DNA of 64,000 nucleotides from a virus (Duplodnaviria; Heunggongvirae; Uroviricota; Caudoviricetes): IMG/VR virus record IMGVR_UViG_3300037067_007156, positions 525,519 to 589,518 of that record; one strand, 5' to 3'. Shown piece by piece: positions 57,684 to 64,000 of this stretch (position 1 is its first letter; each line of letters starts with the position of its first letter). The notes under the pieces were generated by a model. It saw only the letters and a program-made list of their open reading frames with translations, ran no database searches and was not told where the DNA came from. The position numbers and the translations under genes were made by a program.

Positions 57684-58226
57684 GTGAAATATAATAAACA
57701 TATGGAATTCTTAAAAAAAGAATATGAGCATATTGAAAATGGGGTTTTTGTTTATGAAAACAACTCTATTTTTTCGAAACCCGAACTGCCTTATAATGAA
57801 ATAGAGGAAAGTCTATCAGATTTTGATATAAAAGATAAGAAAAAATTAAATTATGTGGCAGTCGAATTAGTACAAAATGTTCTTAAACATCATGACGAAA
57901 CCTGTGAAAAAAATATAGAACCAGTCTTTGTTATTCATCAACAGGAAAATCAAATTATGATGTTTACTGGTAATATAGTAAGTAAAGATAATTTCGAAAA
58001 AATAAAATATCATATCGATAAAATAAATTCGTTAGATGAAGAACAATTACATGATTTTTATAAACATGTATTAAATGATGTGGGATATACTGAAAAGGGT
58101 GGAGCTGGATTAGGTCTAATTGATATATCTCGAAAGACTAAAACCAAATTAAAATATGCGACCAAAAGACTAACAGATGAATATTTTTATTTTTACAACA
58201 TAATTTTTTATAATTTACAAAATTAA
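57684..58226 (+). CDS. SiaB-family (DUF6272) kinase-like protein
   Basis: VELVQNVLKH...TGNIV...IDKINSL...KGGAGLGLIDISRKT. Confidence 0.85.
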   Translation: MKYNKHMEFLKKEYEHIENGVFVYENNSIFSKPELPYNEIEESLSDFDIKDKKKLNYVAVELVQNVLKHHDETCEKNIEPVFVIHQQENQIMMFTGNIVSKDNFEKIKYHIDKINSLDEEQLHDFYKHVLNDVGYTEKGGAGLGLIDISRKTKTKLKYATKRLTDEYFYFYNIIFYNLQN

Positions 58227-58307
58227 AAATGGGAGTTTAAAATTCCCATTTTTTATTTATATTTGTTGATTATATTTTTAAAAATGGTTGGTAACTGCAA
58301 ATTTGAT

Positions 58308-58457
58308 ATGAAAACTAAAGATAATTTTTTTGACCCAAAAAAATATAAAAGCGGAAAAGTAACAATTTTCCCAACAAGTGAAGAATTTAAAAGAGAACTT
58401 AAAGTTAAACTACGAAAAAAAAAACTTGACCAAATATTTGGAGATGAACTTAGATAA
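58308..58457 (+). CDS. small protein with RKKKLDQIF tag
   Basis: ATG start MKTKDN within ORF 58263..58457. Confidence 0.55.
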   Translation: MKTKDNFFDPKKYKSGKVTIFPTSEEFKRELKVKLRKKKLDQIFGDELR

Positions 58458-58902
58458 TAAATATTTTCAAGGATTACACTATTATGTAGTTACTACGAAT
58501 AGAATATTAAATAATACACCTGAAAAATTTATTACTGAGTATTGCAAAAGATATTGTAATAAAGCTTTATATATGGATATGGATGGTTTGGTTATACATT
58601 TAAATAATGTATTAAATGAATATATAATAGGCAATAAAATAAAAAATAATAGAATTAAAATATGTTTACCATATGTATATCAACAAATAAAATTAAGTGG
58701 ATTGATACAATATAAAATTAAAATAAAAGGTTATAAAGGTGCAATTTGTTCAATATATAATCTTTTATATTTTAATAGTGTTGGAAATTATAATAGTCCA
58801 GATATACAAAATATGTATTTATCCAATAATGACAAGATGCAAATTAAACATTTATTCTTAAATTTACGTAAAGAAAAACTAAAAGAAATTTGTAATGAAT
58901 AA
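58378..58902 (+). CDS. hypothetical protein (likely start 58444)
   Basis: C-terminal LRKEKLKEI. Confidence 0.65.
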   Translation: MKNLKENLKLNYEKKNLTKYLEMNLDNKYFQGLHYYVVTTNRILNNTPEKFITEYCKRYCNKALYMDMDGLVIHLNNVLNEYIIGNKIKNNRIKICLPYVYQQIKLSGLIQYKIKIKGYKGAICSIYNLLYFNSVGNYNSPDIQNMYLSNNDKMQIKHLFLNLRKEKLKEICNE

Positions 58903-59263
58903 AATAATAAAACATTATAGTTATAGATTTAATATGAGCGGTATGGAAGAATGTTTGAAAAGTTTTCATGCTGATTATTTGAAAAAAAATTAATTCAAGA
59001 ACGAAAAGAAAAAATTAAAAACATTTTAAATGAATAATATTTTTTTCGTATATGATTCTGATGTAGCACGAACTAGTATAATAGCTTCTAAAAAATCAAC
59101 TTGAATTGAATATTAAAACCATTGAAACATATTATAGAGACATTAAATTGATGGAATTGAGAGAATTGAGGAAGAAAAAAATACAAATTCTTCTGAATGA
59201 ATAAAAACCGCTTAATTGGCGGTTTTTTTAATATTAAAAAAAGTATTGTAATATTTTTTTATT

Positions 59264-59502
59264 CGAATAATTTGATATATTTTTGTATTGATTAATAAAT
59301 AAAATTATATGGAACTATTTACAAATATCGAATTTAAAGTGTCAGAGTTTGATAAAATTGATAAAATTTTATACGTTTTGACCAGTGAGGGATGGGAAAT
59401 TATAGATACAAAAGTATTTTCAATTACACGTCCCAATAAACCAAAAGAAATTACCGGGAAACTATATAATTTTAAACGAATAATTTGATATATTTTTGTA
59501 TT
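59264..59502 (+). repeat. 26-bp direct repeat containing a promoter box, flanking a small ORF
   Basis: CGAATAATTTGATATATTTTTGTATT at 59264 and 59477. Confidence 0.85.
59309..59488 (+). CDS. small hypothetical protein (59 aa)
   Basis: MELFTNIEFKV...EGWEIID...YNFKRII. Confidence 0.6.
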   Translation: MELFTNIEFKVSEFDKIDKILYVLTSEGWEIIDTKVFSITRPNKPKEITGKLYNFKRII

Positions 59503-59533
59503 ATGTTTATTATTCACTAAAAAAATATACAAC

Positions 59534-60394
59534 ATGAAATCAAAAAAAATACTTGAATATCCATACATACAAGAGGATGTACTGGATAAAGCCGATAAAT
59601 TTGAAATTCAACATGAAAAACTTACAGTAAAAACTTCATATGACCATAGAGTTTTAGCTGTTGTGGATGTATCTGAAAAATATTGGTCTTTTGATTTCAA
59701 AACATTTGCAATTAATATTATAAAAACCATTAATCGTTATTTTTCACCAGAAAAATATAGTTTTCGTATAAATGGTGGTGCACAAGAAATACGTCTTGTG
59801 GGTGGTGTTGTGAAAGTTGGTGATGACATTTATTACAAAATGTTCAACCTTGTTAATTCTTCTGATAAATCGAGAGCGTTGCAAATGAATATTGGTCTTA
59901 TACGTGAAGCTAACAATGCACCCGTTATTATCTCAGTTGAAAATGAAAATGCGTCAGTATCGGGTCGTCATTTTTACAAATCACTACCAGATAGATTAAA
60001 TCATTTTGTTGATATATTACCGGAATTTAATATCATCATTGATAAACAGGTTACTCATCTTCAAAAGCTTGAACACAGTGATGTGTCATTAAAGGCTCTT
60101 TATCGGGAAATGCTAAGGGAAGATGAAGATGGTGTTATTAAACCTTCAGATATATTACGTGTCAGGGCTTTAAATAAAAGGTTATTGAAAGCTCGAATAC
60201 CAGAAGTAATGAATATTACAACTCGTGAACTTGACCTGCTTAATCACCCAAAAGACTTATTTAAAAGTTCTTTTGACATTAAAGTGAATGCTAAACAAAT
60301 TGTAAATCTTTTCACTGAGATATATTCACATAGAGATTCAACAACTATTGAAAGAGAATGTCGTAGGTTGGTTGAAATCCTTGATAAAATATAA
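59534..60394 (+). CDS. DUF932/DUF945-like protein; paralog of the N-terminus of 60909..62396
   Basis: NLVNSSDKSRALQMNIGLIRE versus SFSDSVNGKISSQLNMGLIFRE. Confidence 0.55.
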   Translation: MKSKKILEYPYIQEDVLDKADKFEIQHEKLTVKTSYDHRVLAVVDVSEKYWSFDFKTFAINIIKTINRYFSPEKYSFRINGGAQEIRLVGGVVKVGDDIYYKMFNLVNSSDKSRALQMNIGLIREANNAPVIISVENENASVSGRHFYKSLPDRLNHFVDILPEFNIIIDKQVTHLQKLEHSDVSLKALYREMLREDEDGVIKPSDILRVRALNKRLLKARIPEVMNITTRELDLLNHPKDLFKSSFDIKVNAKQIVNLFTEIYSHRDSTTIERECRRLVEILDKI

Positions 60395-60908
60395 TATTTA
60401 AAAATAAAAATATTAAAAACCGATTCTTCTTGTGAGAATCGGTTTTTTTTTTACCTTTGGAGTAAGAGATACCATCTTAAAAAATTAACATATTGTTTCA
60501 CTCTTAAAATTAATGTGAATATTATAGATACAATATTGATAAAAAATTAATCTAAAAACTTGTGATTCTAAAAGTTTCACTGGTGAAAAATAATTTCCTT
60601 TATTATTTTGTGAAATATAACATGAAAATGTTATAGAGGTTGTGTGATAATCAAACAACTTTAAATTAAATTATTTTGTGTTTATTTAATAAATAAGAAT
60701 AAAAATATAAAAAATAATTATGTGATAATATAACATATATTATTTGATTAATTAACAATTAAATAAATAAAAGATGTGAGTTGATAAACATAGATATAAT
60801 ATTAAGTTTTTTGGTTATGACTTAAAAATAAAAATATTTTTTTAAAAAAAGTAAACTATTTACTTAAAATGAACTAAAAGCGTAAGTTATCAATTAAAAA
60901 TAAACCTT

Positions 60909-62396
60909 ATGAGAAAAACATTTGAACGTTCAGGGACATATAATAGCAGAGAATTAAAACATATTTTAACTAATTTAAAAACACGAATTGAAATTGAAGA
61001 AGGAAAAAAAATATTACATATTACTTTTGAAGATATAGAAATTGCGAAATGCGAATCAACTCATAAAAAACTTCTTTTCCAACATCCAGTATTCAATGAT
61101 TTAATTCTTAAAAAATTTAAAGAAAACGAAATTAACCCAATGTTATATTCATTTTCAGTTTATGATGATGGACAATACGAATTAAGTTTTATATGCAAAC
61201 CTTTATATATTAATAGTGAAGATTATACCCAACTTATTTCTTTCTCGGATTCTGTTAATGGTAAAATATCATCTCAATTAAATATGGGGTTAATATTTCG
61301 GGAAAATAATAGCAAATCTTTCATTACTTATAATAATAGTCATACATCTCATCGATTTAAACATAGTAAATATTCATATGTTACAAAAATAGAAACAATT
61401 TCGGATAAATTGAAATTATTTCCTAAAGCAATTGAAAGGCAAGTTAATACAATAGAAAGATTAAAAAATGAAAAACTTCCTTATAGAAGTGTTGTAAATA
61501 AATTATTAGCTTATGATACTAATGGTCAAATAAAATTAGGTGAAAGACAAAAAATACTTGGTTTGAATAGACGAGTTCGTAAAAATTTAAATATCAAGGA
61601 AGAAATTTTAATATATAGTTTAAAGACACCAGAGACATTCTTGGAATCTGGTTTGGATTTTAACGTAAATACCTTAGACATATTTCATCAATATATGGAC
61701 ATGTTTTCTAATAAAGATGCTGGTGCTATTTGTCGGGAAACAGATAGAATAATAGAAATATTGTTCACATTGTTCGAAGAAAATAATATTCAAAATAAAT
61801 GTGAAAAAATATTTGAAAATAAAGTAGGTGTAATTTTCAAAAAGTATTATAATAAACATTTTAATAATTTGAGTTGGCATCTTGCTAAATACACTAAAAG
61901 TCTTGATTCTGCACAAGAATTTGCGAATGAAGCTTTTATACAAGCTTTAGAAAAAATAGAGTCTTATAATCCTGAAAAATCACAATTCAATACTTGGTTA
62001 TATAGAATTGCTGAAAATATTGTAAAAAAATCTTTTAAAGACGAAAAAAGAATGAATGTTGTGTCGTTTGAAAATAATGCTAATAATTCAAATGATGATG
62101 AAGATAGTGGTGTCAATCTATTAAATTTAATACCGTGTGATTCTGGTGATGATGACTCTAATCAACAAATATTGACTGAAAAAAAGGCTGAAATAATACG
62201 AAACGTTATTTATACTTTACCAATCAAATATGAAAAGTATAAAAAAGTTTTAATCATGAGGGAAATTGAAGGTATGCAATATCAGGAAATATCAAATGCT
62301 TTAGGAATAAATCTTTCTACGATAAAATCGCAACTTTTGAAAGGTAGAGAACTGGTTTCCAATAAGGTAGATGTTATGTTTAAAAAATTGGAATGA
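60909..62396 (+). CDS. fusion of DUF932-like domain and ECF sigma factor
   Basis: C-terminus AFIQALEKIESYNPEKSQFNTWLYRIAEN...EGMQYQEISNALGINLSTIKSQLLKGR. Confidence 0.85.
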   Translation: MRKTFERSGTYNSRELKHILTNLKTRIEIEEGKKILHITFEDIEIAKCESTHKKLLFQHPVFNDLILKKFKENEINPMLYSFSVYDDGQYELSFICKPLYINSEDYTQLISFSDSVNGKISSQLNMGLIFRENNSKSFITYNNSHTSHRFKHSKYSYVTKIETISDKLKLFPKAIERQVNTIERLKNEKLPYRSVVNKLLAYDTNGQIKLGERQKILGLNRRVRKNLNIKEEILIYSLKTPETFLESGLDFNVNTLDIFHQYMDMFSNKDAGAICRETDRIIEILFTLFEENNIQNKCEKIFENKVGVIFKKYYNKHFNNLSWHLAKYTKSLDSAQEFANEAFIQALEKIESYNPEKSQFNTWLYRIAENIVKKSFKDEKRMNVVSFENNANNSNDDEDSGVNLLNLIPCDSGDDDSNQQILTEKKAEIIRNVIYTLPIKYEKYKKVLIMREIEGMQYQEISNALGINLSTIKSQLLKGRELVSNKVDVMFKKLE

Positions 62397-62545
62397 TGTG
62401 ATATTTTTTTATAATATATACAACAGATGAGAATTGAATTTTTCTAATATATTTCGGAATATCTTTAAAATAAGATAAGGTGTGATTATAGGTACTCATA
62501 AGAGTTATGAATTAATTTTTAATTTATATTTATCATTAAATTAAT

Positions 62546-63499
62546 GTGATTTTTACTTCAAAAAAGATAAAAAATATGAAAACAAACAATTTTTTAAAAA
62601 ACATGTTCAGAAGAATAAGTTCTTCTACATATGTTTTTATTAAAAACGTATTGTCTATAATTGGTCTTTTTTCTATTATTACTATTATTTCTTCTTCTGT
62701 TAAATTTACAGATACGTCGGCGTATTTACTTTCTCAAAATATTTATTTGGAAACTAAAATACATAAATTAGATAAAAAATATGATGAACTTTTATCTAAA
62801 ATTAATATTTTCGTAGATGAAGACAATGATATGTATAGAGAATTATTAGGTATAGATACAGTTAATTATAAAAACAATGATGTTTATGATGTTAATATCT
62901 TTATTAATAAAGATGACACTGGTGGTGTAGCTGATATGAATAGAAAATATTTTTATGCCTCGAAAATTTTATCATCGATGATGGTATCTAAAGGTGAATT
63001 AAAAAAATTAATGAAGCAGGAAGGAACATCTAATTTTTCAAATATACCGTTAATGCAACCTATAAGAACCGAAGATGTAGAATATATTCCTTCTACTTTT
63101 GGTTTAAGATTTCATCCATTTTATAAAAAAGTTATATTTCATGATGGTGTTGATATATCTGCTAAAAGTGGTAGTAAAATCGTTGCAACCGCATCTGGTA
63201 CAGTCGATATTATTATACATTCTAATTTAGGTTATGGTAATAAAATTGTTATTAATCATGGAAATGGGTATGAAACCCTATATGCACATTTAAAATTCAT
63301 AAAAGTAAGAAAAGGTCAATATATTAAACAAGGTCAGGTGATAGGTGAAGTTGGTTCTACTGGACTTAGTACTGGTGACCATTTACATTATGAAATAAGA
63401 TATAATGATGAATTAAAAGACCCATTGGCTTATTTTCAAACTTATTTAACACCAATAGGGAAAGATGGAGAGATGACTGCTTATAAACCTCTTAAATAA
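62546..63499 (+). CDS. M23-family peptidase
   Basis: FGLRFHP, HDGVD, GYGN, YAHL, TGLSTGDHLHYEI; N-terminal TM segment. Confidence 0.95.
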   Translation: MIFTSKKIKNMKTNNFLKNMFRRISSSTYVFIKNVLSIIGLFSIITIISSSVKFTDTSAYLLSQNIYLETKIHKLDKKYDELLSKINIFVDEDNDMYRELLGIDTVNYKNNDVYDVNIFINKDDTGGVADMNRKYFYASKILSSMMVSKGELKKLMKQEGTSNFSNIPLMQPIRTEDVEYIPSTFGLRFHPFYKKVIFHDGVDISAKSGSKIVATASGTVDIIIHSNLGYGNKIVINHGNGYETLYAHLKFIKVRKGQYIKQGQVIGEVGSTGLSTGDHLHYEIRYNDELKDPLAYFQTYLTPIGKDGEMTAYKPLK

Positions 63500-63506
63500 A
63501 TAATTC

Positions 63507-63905
63507 ATGGAAGAAAATATTGACATACTAATCCAAAAGATACAGGAAGCACGAAACCCTAAGTATTTCTTATGGCAAATTGTTAAAGACGTTGAATTTT
63601 TTGCTTCTGAGAAATATAAAAATTGGTTGATTGGTAAAAAAGATGAATATATTTATTTTAATTACGACACAAAAAATCATACTTTATATTATAGTTATTA
63701 TAAAATTTATCAAATTTTATCGTCGAAATATCATCTTAATGAAGTGAAAGCTAACGAATTAGTGAGTGGTATGGTGAGTGAACATTTCAAACTGAAGGTA
63801 GACACAACACAAGGTTCTGTGATGAGTGTGTTAGCCAAGGTGAGTGAACATTTCAAACTGAAGGTAGACACAACAATCCTATGGTATACCCTTTATACAA
63901 TTTAG
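63507..63905 (+). CDS. hypothetical protein whose C-terminus is encoded by the repeat array
   Basis: VSEHFKLKVDTT occurs twice. Confidence 0.7.
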   Translation: MEENIDILIQKIQEARNPKYFLWQIVKDVEFFASEKYKNWLIGKKDEYIYFNYDTKNHTLYYSYYKIYQILSSKYHLNEVKANELVSGMVSEHFKLKVDTTQGSVMSVLAKVSEHFKLKVDTTILWYTLYTI

Positions 63906-63922
63906 GTGATTGAACATTTCAA
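63773..63922 (-). CRISPR. mini CRISPR-like array (2.5 repeats of 36 nt, two 30-nt spacers), type VI-B-like repeat
   Basis: GGTGAGTGAACATTTCAAACTGAAGGTAGACACAAC at 63773 and 63839, half copy at 63905; unrelated 30-nt spacers; no cas genes in the window. Confidence 0.6.
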
Positions 63923-64000
63923 CACCCAAATTATAAAAATAAAAGAATCATTGATGTGTGAAGTTGTAAATATTAAGAAAAACAAAAATTATGATATTTA

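Noticed and set aside
60500-60900. AT-rich intergenic region as a replication origin
   Set aside because: Scattered TGTGA motifs but no clear iterons; cannot be supported from this window
63773-63922. Diversity-generating retroelement TR/VR pair
   Set aside because: The repeats are identical rather than A-mutated, the intervening segments are unrelated, and no reverse transcriptase is present in the window
1-64000. Alternative genetic code (TAG or TGA recoding) as seen in some Bacteroidota phages
   Set aside because: Long genes are intact under code 11, TAG and TGA both end well-defined genes, and no suppressor tRNA was found. The single in-frame TGA at 30583 is better explained as a nonsense mutation.

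Overview
Very AT-rich segment of a large (jumbo-type) myovirus genome with T4-like tail genes (sheath, tube, baseplate hub). The host is most likely Bacteroidota, judging from TAnnTTTG promoters, a PorP/SprF gene, SiaB/SiaC genes and a Cas13b-like repeat. Standard genetic code. The window holds about 22 tRNA or tRNA-like genes in two clusters, many small accessory ORFs, homing endonucleases, a NitT/TauT-type ABC/OmpA operon, two ECF-type sigma genes and a free RNAP alpha-CTD. Main observation: each tRNA cluster is preceded by an unannotated short leader ORF, then an intrinsic terminator, with an antiterminator strand lying inside the 3' half of the ORF. The 5' codons of each leader match the amino acids and anticodons of its own downstream tRNAs (S/F/H/I/V/K/W/R for cluster 1; T/A/P/Q/G/R for cluster 2). 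This suggests a ribosome-sensing attenuator that turns on phage tRNA backup genes when the matching tRNAs become limiting. rrn-type boxA sites follow both attenuators. Other notable items: tRNAs with a covarying A19:U56 elbow, long variable arms or expanded anticodon loops; a mini CRISPR-like array (36-nt repeat, 30-nt spacers) in frame inside an ORF; T4-like capsid-targeting N-termini on many ORFs; a widespread C-terminal RxxK(L/I)xx(I/L) tag; degenerate copies of tail tube and prohead protease; and a candidate -1 frameshift. All product calls come from motif recognition by eye, not database searches.
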